From Podarcis filfolensis (lineage: Eukaryota): DNA of 64,000 nucleotides. The DNA lies in NCBI GenBank assembly GCA_964270895.1, contig OZ185448.1; one strand, given 5' to 3'. This document shows, piece by piece, positions 48,896 to 62,822 of this stretch. Every line of letters begins with the position of its first letter. Positions within the stretch are counted from its first letter, which is position 1. The translations under genes and the position numbers were made by a program. The notes beneath the pieces are model-generated. The model was not told where the DNA came from. It saw nothing but the letters and a program-made list of their open reading frames with translations, and made no database searches.

Positions 48896-50759
48896 GATGG
48901 GGAATGGTGAGGGGGAAAACCCACAGAGGAATTTTTTTGCCACAGTGTTAAAGGAAAGAAAACATGATGTGATTGCAAGCGATGCTTCTAGGGTAACATG
49001 TAGTTAGGCCCTAAGTGATCTGGAATACTACTTTACAAGGGTTTCCCAGTCACACAGAGGGAACTCTCTGTATTTATAGCTGCCTATGCAGTGGCTCTTT
49101 AAATGTTCCAATGAATGTGTGGAGGTTAGGTCTAAGCATGCCACAACAATCCCATATCTCCTCACTCACTGAATGTGCAAAGGTGTTGATCAGAATCCCC
49201 ATTTCATCCACACATTTGCCACTGAAATGGTTAATGAGAAAAATATCCTCATTTACTACCTTAATGGTAAAGACGCCAGGGTGACAAGATGTAACTAATT
49301 GCTCACTAGGTGATTTTGGACGTCCAATTAATCAAGGGACATTTTTTTAATGGTACTTTTGCATTTGTATATCCCATTTCCACTGTTCCAAGCACTTCAT
49401 GCACATTCGCTCAGTGATTCTCATGACAGTCCTGCCAAATAGATGGGATTTTACCCCTGTGATACAGATGGGCAACTGAGGCTGAAAGAATGGCAGCTAG
49501 GCCTTAAGGCAGGGATGTGGAACATTTTCCTTCTGAGGGCAATGTGCCAGAGGTAGGCGGGTCCAGGGGCAAAAGTGTGGTGGGCAACAAATACTAATTT
49601 ACTCATACATCCTTCTCTACCCTCCATCTAGACAAGCAAGAAGCATGATCAGAGTTCAAATGTAAACTACAAAAACAATTATGCAGACAGGAAGCCAGCA
49701 GGGCTGTGTGGGGCTTTCCTGTGTTTTGCAATATCATATACATATATAAACTATCTCCCTTTTGGATAGAAGTCATGGTTTTGCCCAATGTGCAATGAGC
49801 TCCTGGCTCTCTTGCAATGTTCCCTTTGAGGCCAAAGTGGCAGACCTGAAAAAGCTAAGGGAAGCAGAGATGCTGAAGGTTTGAGGCCTTCAGGGATGGT
49901 ATAAGTGTGTCCCACTCACATGACGGTTAATTCCCCTGCTCTCAGGGAGAATGAAGGTCTTGGGGATGGAGAGGGGCCATCTGAGGAAGAGGTAAACAGT
50001 TCCTTAGAAGGCTGATGTAAAGCTACCGTATGTTCTTGTGCCGATAATACTTCTCTAGAGGCAGGGGGATCAGTAGGAACAGAGATAGTTGGGTGCATGG
50101 TGGGCATACAGAACACAGGGTGATTTGTCTGCCAGAAGCAAGGAAGCATTATCAAAATGTAAAAACAACTCCGGCAAAAATACCCAAGCAGGATGCAATC
50201 CAGGAACAATGAGGGATGTGATTTGGGAAGTGTCCTGAGGGCCAGAAGAGGAGTCTTGGAGGGCCACATTCAGCTTCTGGGTCTGAGGTTCTGTCCCTTC
50301 TTTCTGAAAAGTGGACTACCTAAACCTAAGAAGTTTTCAGATGAGGTGATGTTTGAAATGAAGAATACCAGATCACGATACCAGAACACAATCTATTACA
50401 GTTTACAGAATATTATTATATTTCACGCATAGTTATTTCTCTCATTTGTTGTTTAGTTTGTTTCTTCTCTTGTAGCTTCTTTTTTCCTACAATAAAAAGT
50501 CTGTTTCTTCTTTTCCAACCCACCCCACCCTTAGCAAATTTATTCCAGGATGCTGTTAGCAAAATGGATTAAGTTGCTTTCTAAATACATACAAATTAAC
50601 CCGATATTGTTTAATATTACTTATGTTAATTATATATAGACGTTTCAAAACCTTTTTTAAAAAATAAAGCTGTTGCCGTTTTTTTAAAAAAACAAAACAA
50701 AACACTAATAATGTAGTGTTGAAGTATTATCATACAAATGGTAAAAAAACCCCAGCTAG

Positions 50760-51110
50760 ATTAACAACTCTGATGATAGTTAATGCATTCCTAAAACTTC
50801 TGAGGAGCTGTTACAACCCATTACAGCTGAAATATTGGTGTATGAAAAATTAATAAAGCCAGCAGAAAATGGAATCCGGCATCTGCAGCAGCTATTTACA
50901 TAGAAAGAATCACCCGGAATTAATTATGCTCTATGTTACATTCTAATGAGTTTTTCATTAAAATGTACACTATTATGGAAGCTAAACAAGGATTATTCAA
51001 AGAAAAATGCCAACAGCTGTTATTATTTTGAGAAATTAAAATTAGTTAATTGGTTATACATTTAGATCTAGGTCAGGGTTAATCGAACACTATTTATCAT
51101 ACCGTTAGCC
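50760..51110. promoter_or_regulatory. Candidate conserved non-coding element
   Basis: Repeat-free AT-rich block with many TAAT/ATTA cores (gaattaattatg, attagttaattgg). Confidence 0.3.
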
Positions 51111-52619
51111 TGTGTGTTTTGTAGGGGAAATAATGTCTACATCACCTTCTTCAGGGTCGTACTTCCCTGGAAGGAGCAGGTTCCAAGACAGCAGGGTGCT
51201 CCTCTTGCGCTCCTGTGTCACTCTCTCTAGGTAACCTCAGTGGCCAGGAGTGCCTTTTAACAGCTGTTTCAGTAAAACAGGAGTACGGCAAAGTGCTCTA
51301 TGTGGGGCTGCCACTGAAGTTGGCCCAGAAACCGCAGGTACTGCAAAATTCAGCATCTTGACTGTTCATTGGGGAAGAATACTGATGTCATGCTATGCTA
51401 CTGCTGCTGCTATCAGTCAAAGTTCAAGACACAAAGACCTAGACAGCTTGAGACCAGGATACCTAAATGACTGTGGTGGCGGCGATGTGTCTTGATGGCT
51501 ATATATAAAACCTTCAATATCAGCGGCAGCTTGCCTCTGAACGCTAGGCACTGGGGATCACGAATGGATGCTCCACCTATACATAGGATTGCCATTAAGT
51601 ATGTGGGTTGTCCACCGTGAGAACAGAACTTTGGACTAGATGGGGCTTTGGCCTGATCCAACAGGGCTCTTTGCATGCTATGAAGGTGCAGTCTCACGCA
51701 TGTATGTCATGAGGAATGCCTTGATGGATTTTCATGGGGGAGTATTAAAATTCACCATTCCCTGACAGAGCTGCATCATGCAACATGTCAGATCGTGTTC
51801 CTCAGCTCTTGAACTGCTGCAAATCACGAACCTGATCCAATGCATAGCCTTGCAAAGGATTAGCCACATTCCCAACAATATTTCAAGTATCAAAGTCCTT
51901 TAGCTAAGCTTGTCCCTCCCAGTGGATCTCTCAAATAATTGGTGTTAAGGTACTAATCTGCTGAGGGAATACAGGGCACTGAGCAACTGTACAACAATGC
52001 TCTACATGTATTAATCATATTGCCAACAACTGTGCAATTACTGTTCAGACTTGAGAGCAGCCCTCAGGGGAGAGGGAGGAAACAATCATGGAGGTGATGC
52101 TACCAAGGATCTACCGGTAAGTGACTTGGATAGGGCAAAGTTTAAGTGGAAACCTGTAGACCAGACTACTGACTGGGGCCAGTTACAGGGAACGTATTAC
52201 TCCCTTGTTAAAACAACTTCACTGGTTACCAGTCTATTTCCAGGCACAACTCATAGCCCTATATGGCTTGGGCCCAGACTACCTGAAATATCACATTTCA
52301 CTAGATTAACCTGCTTGGGTGAGAAATTCCCCAGGTGAGCACCTTTTCTTGGTCCCATAAATATCAGAATCATGGTTGGTGGTGACACAAGAGAGAGCCT
52401 TTTCTGTGGCTGCTGTCATATTGTGCAAGTTGTTCCCAATAACACTAAGATTGGTTCCCTCTTTGCTATCCTTCTGCTGACAGGCCAAGACCTTCCTATT
52501 TAGGCACCCTTTGAAATCTAAGGAACAGGTGATGCAGGTCACTGGGTTGCTGTTGGGGCTAACTGTATTTTAATTGCTGCTTCTAAATGCATTTTATAAT
52601 AATGTTTTTAGATGTTGTA

Positions 52620-53760
52620 TGTCAGCTTGGGGGAGAGGAGGGATATAAATACATTTTCTGAACTGTCTTCAGAGGCAGGCCTATGTATAATGTGTTGCAG
52701 TAATCTAATCTAGAGGTTACCAGAGCATAGATAACAGAAGTTATGCTATCCCTATCCTTATAAAAGTGCAGCTGGACCAACAGCCGAAGCCACTGAGGCC
52801 ACCTGAGTGTCAAGCTACAGCAAAGGATCCAGGAGTATCCCCAAGCTATGTGCCCCCTCCTTCAGAGGGAGGGTAACCTCATTAAGAGCAGGCAACCTCC
52901 CATCCATTCCAGTCTAGGGAACCACCCACTGACAGTGCCTCAGTCTTATCTGGACTAAGCTTCACTTTGCTGGCTCTCATTTAGTCCATTACCAAGGCAA
53001 GATACTGGTCTAGCACTTCCACTGCATCACCTGCAGATGTAAAGGAAAAGTAGAGCTGTGTGCCATCAGCATATTGCTGACAACTTACTCCAAAACTCCA
53101 GATGACCCCACTCAGTGGTTTCATGTAGATGTTAGACAACATGGGGGATAAATTGAACCCTAAGGAACCCCCACATTGAAGGCTCCACTTTTAATGCAGA
53201 AAATTTCAAAGACTTTATACACTAAATCCAGCATCTTGAAATTAGCCCGGTAGCTATGTGGCGGGCAGTGCAATTCTGCCAACAGTGGGGTAATGTTTGG
53301 GCAGTACAATGGTACCTCCGGTTACAAACTTAATTCATTCCAGAGGTCCGTTCTTAACCCAAAACCATTCGTAACATGCTAATTTCGCTAATGCTGCCTT
53401 CCGCTGCCGCCGGCGTGCGACTTCCACTCTCATCCTGGGACAAAGTTCACAACAAGAGGCATCTACTTCCAGGTTAGTGGAGCTCATTACCTGAAGCATT
53501 CGTAATGAGGGCAGTACATAACCCGAGGTTCCACTGTTTCCTCTCCCACTGAACAGTCAAGACAGTTGCATTTTGCACCAGTTGCAGCTTCTGAACCTAC
53601 CTCATGGACAGCACCACACAGAGTGCATTGCGGAACTCAATGATCAATGAAGTGACCTGATCCCAATCTGTATAGGGGATTTTGCAACAAACCCAGAACC
53701 TTACTGTGAAGTCCCCAGATCTACAGCTTCCCTTGGTTCAAGTAATTTGCATTGAAGCAC
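52620..53760 (-). mobile_element. Cluster of old L2 RT fragments, interrupted by a mariner MITE
   Basis: ALVTSRLDYCNTLYIGLPLKT (52650-52750), QYADGTQLYFS (~53045-53078), NALCVVL..QKLQLVQNA (~53570-53640). Confidence 0.75.
53307..53536. mobile_element. Tc1/mariner MITE, family of 20531-20768
   Basis: TA|caatggtacctc ... gaggttccactg. Confidence 0.82.
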
Positions 53761-54284
53761 CCATCTGGCTTTCCATCGGCACTAGGCATGTACATTAATT
53801 TCATAATTAATGAAACAAATGGGGGTACACCCCTTACGAAATAAATGCACTGGATTGGACGAGTTCCAAATGACTATCTATAGATCCATTTCTACTAGTA
53901 ACAGCAATAAAAGTGGCATTCAGTTTACTGCATTTCCCCAACAATTTACTAATTGTTAATTTCTGCATTAGAATACAGCTTTCGCACAATTTAGAAGCCA
54001 CTTCCGGAAAACTAATGAAACATATCACAAGTTTAGCGCTCATTTCTGTGCTTTTTGGTTACAGGAAAACAATCTGTTTGCAGTCTCCTTAACCATGAAA
54101 ATTGTGGGAGAAAGTTGACAAAATTTGGGACGGTATACCAGCATACAATTCTTTACTGTAATTTTCATGGAGGGACAGAAGCAGGTATGAGTGTAAAGGG
54201 TGAGTTACACCATGCCCCACTGACATAAATGAAATTTAGGGCAACATGCTGGCATATCAGTCTAAAAGCCCCAGTTCCATAGAG

Positions 54285-54535
54285 CATGGGTAGGCAAACT
54301 AAGGCCCGGGGGCTGGATCCAGCCCAATCACCTTCTAAATCCAGCCCGCGGATGGTCCGGGAATCAGCGTGTTTTTACATGAGTAGAATGTGTGCTTTTA
54401 TTTAAAATGCATCTCTGGGTTATTTGTGGGGAATAGGAATTCGTTCTTTTTTCTTTTTCAAAATATAGTCTAGTCCCCCACAAGGTCTGAGGGACAGTAG
54501 ACCAGCCCCCTTTGAAAAAAGTTTGCTGACCCCTG
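54285..54535. mobile_element. hAT MITE with perfect 8-bp TSD
   Basis: catgggtaggcaaact ... agtttgctgacccctg; TSD ccatagag at 54277-84 and 54536-43. Confidence 0.93.
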
Positions 54536-55384
54536 CCATAGAGCATTAGGTTCTCCAGTGTAAAAGGAACATTAGAAAATGGTAGACAAGAGCTAGCATT
54601 ACAGTCAGGGTAACACAACTACAGAGTAAGGGTGTGTGGGAGAATGTTGTTGAATGTGAATCTTCAGTCCAGCACCTGATGAATTGTTGAGAAATGCCTC
54701 TCACCCCCAAGAAAAAAATGATGAAGTAGTTCCTCCCCCAGAGAGAGAAATAATGTTCTTGTCCCCAATTAGGGTGCAGAACTTTGAGAGACCAATTGCA
54801 CATCGTTCTAGACTGCACCTCTATCAGCTGCAGAAGCAGCTGGCTGTAAGGGGCAGAGCCATTGTGCTAGCTTTCTGGCAAGTGGGCGTTACCAGGGAGG
54901 AGAGGGGAAGAGGCAAGGAAATGGGGGAATCTGTGCGTTGTGATTGCAATGGTAGAGCCAATCTGGTGCTCACTTCAGTGCATTTGCATCTCATTGAACT
55001 CCCCACCACCATACCCCAATACCTCCTGGTAAGCAACAGTGACCCGCATACCAGGAAGCGAGTACAGAGGCTCCGCCTCACCCACCACGAAGCTTCTGTT
55101 CAGCATACCAATACTTCGATATGAGAAGCTCCAGCAACCAACTTGAGTTTAAGAAAGATGCCTTGTCATGCTGCAAGAATTCCACTGGTTCATTGTGCAA
55201 CCCAATTACATGTCTACTCATATGTAAATTCCATTAGAATCAATGGGGCTCACTCCCAGGTGAGTGGATTTAGAAATGTCATTAAACATTTCTTAGTTTT
55301 TGAACTTTTACAGTAACATAACCTGTAAGAATAAGAAGTCTGCTTTTACCAAATAATTGTGGGCGGTGGAGGAAGACAGAAGTA

Positions 55385-55510
55385 GCCCTTGCCATTTATT
55401 ACGATGCTCAAGGTTTCGGAGTTGATTTACACTGAGCGGCTCCACTTTTGACTTTAATTGTCAGCTTGGAGTTGTCAAGACATATCTATATCTTAAATTT
55501 GCATTGCATT
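55385..55510. promoter_or_regulatory. Candidate enhancer CNE (posterior Hox/Pbx/Meis-like motifs)
   Basis: CCATTTATTAC ~55392, TGATTTAC 55423-30, TGTCA twice (~55459, ~55473). Confidence 0.35.
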
Positions 55511-58500
55511 TGGGGGGGGGGTGTCTCTGCACTTCCCACTTTTGTCTCTTGATCTTGTCTTACGGAGTAATTGAGCTCCATTCTAATTTTCTTCCACAAG
55601 CAGGGTGCTCCCCTTCCAAGGAAGTGAGTTATGCGTATTCAAGAGGTGCGTTGTATGAATCTTGTTAAGGTTTGCCGCCTTATAGCCTGCACTGATGGAA
55701 TATTTAATCAAAGAAATGAGTTGGCAGTTATGATGTACAACACGGTAAAGGCTTGTGGTGTGTGTCTTCACCGCCAATTGAGAAATGGGTGATTTCACCA
55801 TTCATCAGTGCCAGACTGACAGCTTTGTATAACCTTCTCCTTTCTTTCTTTCTCTACCCTTAAAAAAACTTATTTATCAAGATTAAAGATATTTTAAATC
55901 AACAGTTTCTTTGCAGATATATCATCTTTATTTCCAAAGTGGCCAAATTTTTCATCATTTAGTAGTTGTGTGTGGGGGGGGAGAACTTCTCACTCTGACT
56001 ATGAAGCATTTTGGATTTTCCATGCAACATTGTTTAAACATGACAATGTTGGGATCTAAAACACAACTTCCTTTACCTTGATGTTTACTGTCATGTTGCA
56101 CTCTGTGGTTGACAGTCATCAGTCGGCCTGGCATCAATCAAACAAGCCATCTCAACTATTTCAACACCACTCTGCCCCAAATCCGTAACATTATTTTACA
56201 GTTCTTTCTAACATTACTGCAGCATTTTTTAGCCTGTGTTCCAGTAAACCTTGAGGTCTCATGGAAGTTTATCAGTGGTTCCTCAATGTGGGGGAGGGGA
56301 TCTACAAAGGAGGATAAACTTTTCTTTAAGAAAGCTTGCCTACCACTACAAGTCTCTCCCTGAACTGCAAAGATACAGCTATGGTCATAAATGCAAAAAT
56401 CATAGTTCAGTAGTAGATTTGCCTGCAGAGGGTCCTGGGTTCAGTCCTCCACATCTTCAGGGAGAGTTGGGTATGTTTGATGGCAGAAATCTTGGAAAGC
56501 CAGTGCTGGTCAGTATAGACAATACTGAGCTAGATGGACCAATAAGGCAGCTCCCTATATTCTGGGGGTGTGTGGGTGTGCTTTATGCATACCCAATTCA
56601 CATAGAACAATTCTGAGGCCCAACAGCACTTTCTGCACACTGTGTGAACTGAGGTGGGTGCCATAGGGGACTTCCCAGAATACCCTACAAGAGGGGTGGT
56701 GAAACCTTTCCAGCCCAAGGGCCAACAATCCCTTCTAGGCAACCTTCCGAGAGCCAGTCATGAGTCATGGGTGAGACCACCCTAAAAAACACAGTACCCC
56801 AAGGGTGGCCCACCTTTATATTCCACCTTTGCTGGAAGAGGTTCAAGGCAACATACATGGTTTCCTCCTCTATTTCAATCTCACAGCAGCCATGTGGAGT
56901 AGGTTAGGGCAGAGGATTAGAGACCGTTCCAACGTTACTCAGAAAATGTCCTTTCTGAGTTGTGATAGGAACCAGCGTCTCCCTCACCATCTTACCATTC
57001 CATCACATTGCTGTCTTTCATGAGATTTCACAGTCTTATCCTGAAGTCATCTTCAGTTATGATCCTACATCTCAGATGCTAATCCTACCCTTTTTAACCA
57101 ACACACCATATTGCAGCTATCATGTCACACGGATATCAATGTACAGTGAGAAAGTCTTGGATTCAAGGCATACTCTTGCAACAAGGAAGGCACTATGTTA
57201 GCCTCAGCTCCCTGTATGTAAAAAGGGGAAATAATAATGACCTAGCTTGATGTTTCTTTGTTATTTTAAATAAATAAATTTACAGAAAAACAACAACCAT
57301 GACCCACTTCCCAGAGCTGTTGAATAGCCCACTCCAAGAACGGATAATAGCTCTGTGATGATCTATTGTTGTAAAGGGAACTTTAAACATGCACTTTGGA
57401 TATAGTATTCTTTCTTTGGAAACGGAGTATGCTAATATTTCCACTAGAGCATTGTGACCTGAACAACTTCCTTGTGTTTCCACAGGTCCTTTAACACAGG
57501 GATTTTCATGAGCAGTTACAAAACAAAACTAGGTCTGAGTCAACTTTATTGTTGCCTCAAAACTGACAAATTTTTGGGGTGGGTTAGTGTGCTCTCACTG
57601 TACTTTGTCTCATTACTCCTCCATCAAGGCCACACTCATCTCTATACTCTCCTTGAGAGTTTTTGGCTGGCTGAAATGGGTCGCTGAACTGTGATAATGC
57701 CTCTTACTTGCATGGGGAGACAATGAACAGATGTGAGCAGGGTGTATAAACCACTGGCTTTTGTATGGCTGAAGTGTAGTCTACTGTGCAAAGGTAACAG
57801 TTAACATCCACTGCTCTGGCGCCGCCTACCACTGGCTTGTGCCCAAGAGCAAATGTATCCTTCAAACCAAAAAAGGGGAGGAGGGGGGGAGCTTTGCCAC
57901 TCCTGATCTAAGGCATGCATCCATACCAGTAATTAGAACACCAGAAGAAACTCTACATCTTTTATTGGCAGGGCAGACATTATCATTTGCACTGCCAAAT
58001 TAATACCATTCTAATGGTAACTATAGATTCCCATTAGAAGGGCCAAATACCCCAGGCTTGGTTATAAAATTTCACCAGGGAACTTCCTGAGGCTGCATGC
58101 CAAAATCAATAACCTGCCATTTTTTAAATTAAGAGACAAAATAAATGTTAGAGGAAAGTCCAGTAAATTAAGAAAATTACCTTCTAGAGAGATTGAAAGT
58201 ATTGATTTTAATGTTCAAAATATGTGAACTCTTTGTGGCCTACTCTTTGAAGGCAATTAGAAACTGGACAGTTAATTCAACAGAAGCTTGAGAGAGAAAA
58301 AAATCAATGATTATACTATGGGCATATTATGATATTTGTCATTAACCCAAAGCCATTTCTATCAAGTGACCAAGGTCTCTGATTTATTCAGGATGGGCTC
58401 TGTTTGACTAAGGTGGGTACATAGTAAATTTGATTAAAGTTACAGCAACACTGTTATCTAGAGCTGAAGACAGATGTATGAGAAAACAAGATATCGCTCT

Positions 58501-59056
58501 GGTCTTCCTTCATGTCCCAAACTGTCTGGCGCAAAAGAGTAGGCCAATAATATTGGCCTACTATCTGCACTTTCTAGAATCAATTTTCTAGAAAAGCTTT
58601 CCCAGCTGGAGAACTGGATCTTTACAGGGGTTTTGTCATGTTTCAAATGTATTTGCTATTTTTGAGTTTTGAATTCTTTAAAAAAATTATCTTTAGTGTA
58701 CAGTGCACATTTAATAAATCAATAATATTAATAATAAGTTTAGGACTAACTTTTTCTATTATTTTAAGCAGTTTTAATATGTTTTTAATACTGTATCTTA
58801 TTGCATTTAAATAGTAATATTGTGTTTTAATTGTAACCAGCCCTGGCACCTTAGGGTGAAGGATGGCTAATAAATTGTAACACCAGCAGCAGCAGCAACG
58901 CAAATTGTACTTCTAAGAAGACATCCACATGCTGTTAAAGCCATATTAATATATGAATTTAAATACTTGGATGCTTTAAGAAGCAAACAAAAACACCTCA
59001 TATTAATGCAGAAATAGAACAGAATGGATTTATGGGTAAAAAAATACAAAAGTAAC

Positions 59057-59497
59057 TGTCAGATGGCAAGGGTGGCTGCTCATGAGTAACCAGGCTGGAC
59101 TCCGACCTGTCTTTTACAGGTTTTATTTAGGTGCAAACTATTCACAGTGCAAAACCCCAAAGTTCATGTCTGCCTCAATCGCTAGCAAAATCCGGGAGTG
59201 CCTGTTTCCTGGACCTCCTCCAGCATAAAAGCCTCGTTATACCCAGCCTTTTCCTTTCCTCTTTGCGCTTTAGACTTCTGCGCAGGGTGGGCGACGGAAG
59301 GGGCGTACTTCCCTCCTGGCCTCTTAGTGGCGCTGAGGCTGCTACCAGCATCCTTTGGTCCTTTCACCTCTTCCCCACTGGAGGTGGGATTTTCCTCATC
59401 ACCGGAAGAGGAACTGCTTCACAAGATTTTTGGAGGCTCCCTGTAACACAACTGCCCCTCTGTTTCCCACCCCTGTTCTGATGGCAGTTCCCTGACA
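59057..59497 (-). mobile_element. Solo LTR, 441 bp
   Basis: Termini tgtcag...ctgaca; 5-bp TSD gtaac/gaaac; minus-strand AATAAA near its 3' end (~59122-59127). Confidence 0.75.
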
Positions 59498-60506
59498 GAA
59501 ACGCAGACCAGAAATAGCTGCATCCATCTATCTGTTGTGTGGGAACAAGATGGACTTAAGTTCTGATCTGGCAGGACTTTTCTTATGATCTGACGACATA
59601 CCACTGAAGCATGCACTGACTGAAAGTCTTCAGCAATGGCGCTGGGAACTGTTAGGAGCCCCCCCCCCCCCCCCGTTCTTCTCACAGAGCTACAGTTCTC
59701 AGAGTGGTTTACCAGTCAATTCCGCTCCCCAGGGAACTCTCAGTTCCCAGGATTCTTTGGAGAAGGCATGACTGTTTAAAATGGTATGATACTGCATTAA
59801 ACATATAGTGCACCTGGTCATCCAGCATTTGCTCAAAAGCCTCTAATAAAGAGGAGACTGGCTCCTTCAGAGGCAGGCTGTTTCACAGATGAACAGATGC
59901 TCTTCCCAAAGGTTAGATGGAAGCCCCTTTCTTGGAATTTACACCCATTGTTCAGTCCCTAGCCTCCAGACCAACAACAGCAAACCAAATCTGCTCCATC
60001 ATCTATGTGACAGCCATTTAGGTATTTGAAGATGGATACTGTATTGCCTTTTTTTTGTAATCTCTTGTCCAATTCCCCCAGACCTTCCACTGGACTCCAT
60101 CTTCAGGCTCCTTCACACAGACCCTTCTCCATGTAGGATTTATTTTATTTTCTTACATTTATATATTCCACCCAAGGGACATACATACATACATACATAC
60201 ATACATGAGCCTTTGATTGGGCCCAGACCTCCATAGCCAAAGCAAGGTGGTGGCCAAATGTAGCATCATGTCTGTGCACAACTATGTGTGAACTGAAGCT
60301 CAGGTTGTTTTTTTAATGGAACAATACAACTATATGTTGAGTAGATTTGTTTTTATACTAACAAAGATAATTGCTATAATTTATTTACTAGCTAAATGCC
60401 CATTGATGGCAGTGTGAAGGGAATACTTTAATATTTGAGAAGACTCCTTTAGCAAGGAGGTGTTCTATTTCCTCTGTGCATAATGAGACATCCCCATGTG
60501 TCTCAT

Positions 60507-60540
<34 letters not shown>

Positions 60541-61932
60541 CTATGGCACATACACAACCTTTTGTCAAGGCTGGAGGATGGGTCTAGCATTCACCTGAAC
60601 AATATCCCCAAACACAGAATTTTGCTGATTTGCTCACTTATACTTAGGCTTGCCATACGTCAGGAAAATCCCTGATTTCCTAGTTTATGGGTGCAAAAAT
60701 GGCATCAGAGGGGCATTTTGCAATTGGCAAAAATCCTGATGTATGACAACACAATGGAAAAAGCAGCAGAAATAGCTCCAAAAGCTGTGTCCCCTCCCTT
60801 TTTTCTTTTTCTTTTTTACTTTTTTAAATATGGCAACCCTACTTATACTGGAGAAAGCAAAAAAGTGCCCTTGGGACCACTACTGAGGTCAGGTCTGAGC
60901 CTACTTCCTGCTTTCCAGCTCTACCCAAGGTGCTGCTGTTTGGTCATGCTAACCAGCATGGTCAGTGGTCAGGGACTGTGGGAGTTATAGTTCAAGGACA
61001 CCTGGGGACCCAAGTTGAGAAAAGCAATGCTAGTACTGCTCCAACCTGCAGGTAGACAAACAGATGACAGACCACATGCTGTTTCCTTTTACCCAAACAG
61101 CATGTAGCATTGGGGAGGGGTAGGAAATTTGAAAAAAAAAAATGAAATGATTCACCACAACGAATTAAATACTTGAGTGGATTGGATAATTCCTTACTGG
61201 AGGAGGGTGGGATTGCTTCTGGCATCGTGGGTTGGGTTGGACCTAATGGGGCATTTCTGACTTCTGACTATTACATTCCTCCACAATTCTTGAAGGATAG
61301 AGTGAAGCCTCATCTAAGCTCTGGAATGAATTATAATTGGCAGGCACAACTCCACGTTGCCAGGGACAAAAACCTGACCTAGAAAATGTCATCCCTGTCT
61401 TGAATTATTTGCCCAAACTTGCAGTCCTTGTTGGGAGACATTTCCTTGTCCCCATCAGTAGCAGGCAGTGATGTGGTATGAAGCACAGGGATGTACAATC
61501 TGATGATGAGCCTGAAGGCCACGTTCAGTTCTGAACAACCTTCCAAGGATAATGTGCCAGTGGTGGGAGTGGCCAGAGGCAAAAGCAGGTGGAGCAACAC
61601 ATGCAAATTGTGCCCTTGGTACAGGTAGGTCGTTTCTACATACAATCACACATTCTATCCTTCATCTTGGACAAGCAACAGGCACTATCAGAGTTCAAGG
61701 ATTCATTTCAGTCAGGCAAAAACACTAGAGGGGTATGTCCTGGGGAGAGGGGCCATGGCCTTGAGAGGGGCATATTCTCACACACCTCGGCATGACACCC
61801 CCACCCCTGATCTATGCACAAAGTACTACTAAACATTGGGGGGGGGGTCCAGGGAAAATGTGACACAGGGATGCTTCTTTTTGACACTAGCCTTCTTTCT
61901 TCAGTAATGTGCAGCTCTTAATCTTCCAAATA

Positions 61933-62130
61933 CAGTAATACATTGGATCTCAAATGCCTCGGCTCCCGAACAAATTGGCTCCCAAACAATCAAAACCCGG
62001 AAGTGAGTGTTCCAGTTTTCTAATGTTCTTTTGGAAGCCAGACGTCCGACAGGACTTCCTGCAGCCAATCAGAAGCTGCGCTTTGGTTTACAAACTTTTT
62101 AGATGTCGAATGGAGTTCTGGAATGGACTG
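61933..62130. mobile_element. Internally deleted Tc1/mariner MITE (family of 43132-43374)
   Basis: TA|cagtaatacattggatctc ... gactg|TA; shared cttcctgcagccaatcagaagc core. Confidence 0.75.
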
Positions 62131-62132
62131 TA

Positions 62133-62431
62133 CAGTGAGGGGGGAAAGTATTTGATCCCCTGCTAAATTTGCCTCTTTGCCCTCTGACAAAGAAATGACC
62201 AGTCCATAATTTTAATGGTAGGTTTATTGTAGCTGTGAGAGACAGAATAACAACAGGAAAACCACATCAATCTCTGACTTTTGTCTTCTGGGTTTCTGGG
62301 GGTTTTCCTGTTGTTATTCTGTCTCTCACAGCTACAATAAAGCTACCATTAAAATTATGGACTGGTCATTTCTTCATCAGAGGGCAAACGGGCAAATTTA
62401 GCAGGGGATCAAATACTTTTTTCCCTCACTG
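62133..62431. mobile_element. Tc1-derived palindromic MITE, 131-bp arms, 37-nt spacer
   Basis: cagtgagg..aagtatttgatcccctgc TIR typical of vertebrate Tc1; arms 62133-62263 / 62301-62431, about 8 mismatches; left TA present, right TG. Confidence 0.9.
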
Positions 62432-62768
62432 TGTGTAGCCAGTGTCATGAACAAAGATAAACCACGTGTTATTAAGATCCGGACAACAATGAGCAGAGTC
62501 ATATGAGTAGACCTATTGAAATTAATGGCCATGATTTAGTTGTGCTTATTAATCTCAGTGGAATTGCTCTGACTAAAACTTAGTTGGCTGCACTCCTCAG
62601 TGTACCATTTCCCATTCTTAAGCAAATAAAATGCATGCCAATTATATACTTAGTAACACTGAAACTCAACATCCCAAGTGTATTAATAGATATTATGGAA
62701 TGAAAGAAAATCACTATTTGGGGTGAAGCTGTTCCAAAACACCCACAAAATGCATGGTATCTGCTTAC

Positions 62769-62822
62769 CTGCATAGAATTCTGGACTATAGACAGCACCC
62801 ACCACTGGATTTAATTTCCAAC
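62769..62822 (-). CDS. RBFOX1: RBFOX1 coding exon, 54 nt ([18 protein letters not shown]), first exon after the RRM/linker
   Basis: Acceptor gtctttactgtag| and donor |gtaagc; phase 1/1; peptide and length match vertebrate RBFOX1 as recalled. Confidence 0.96.

Noticed and set aside
49850-50300. Purine-rich LTR-like stretch
   Set aside because: Could not define TG...CA termini or a TSD.
61455-61649. GRLFRTERGLQAHHQIVHP as a C2H2 zinc finger of a gene or R2-like element
   Set aside because: The cysteines are absent and no supporting domains or splice sites flank it.
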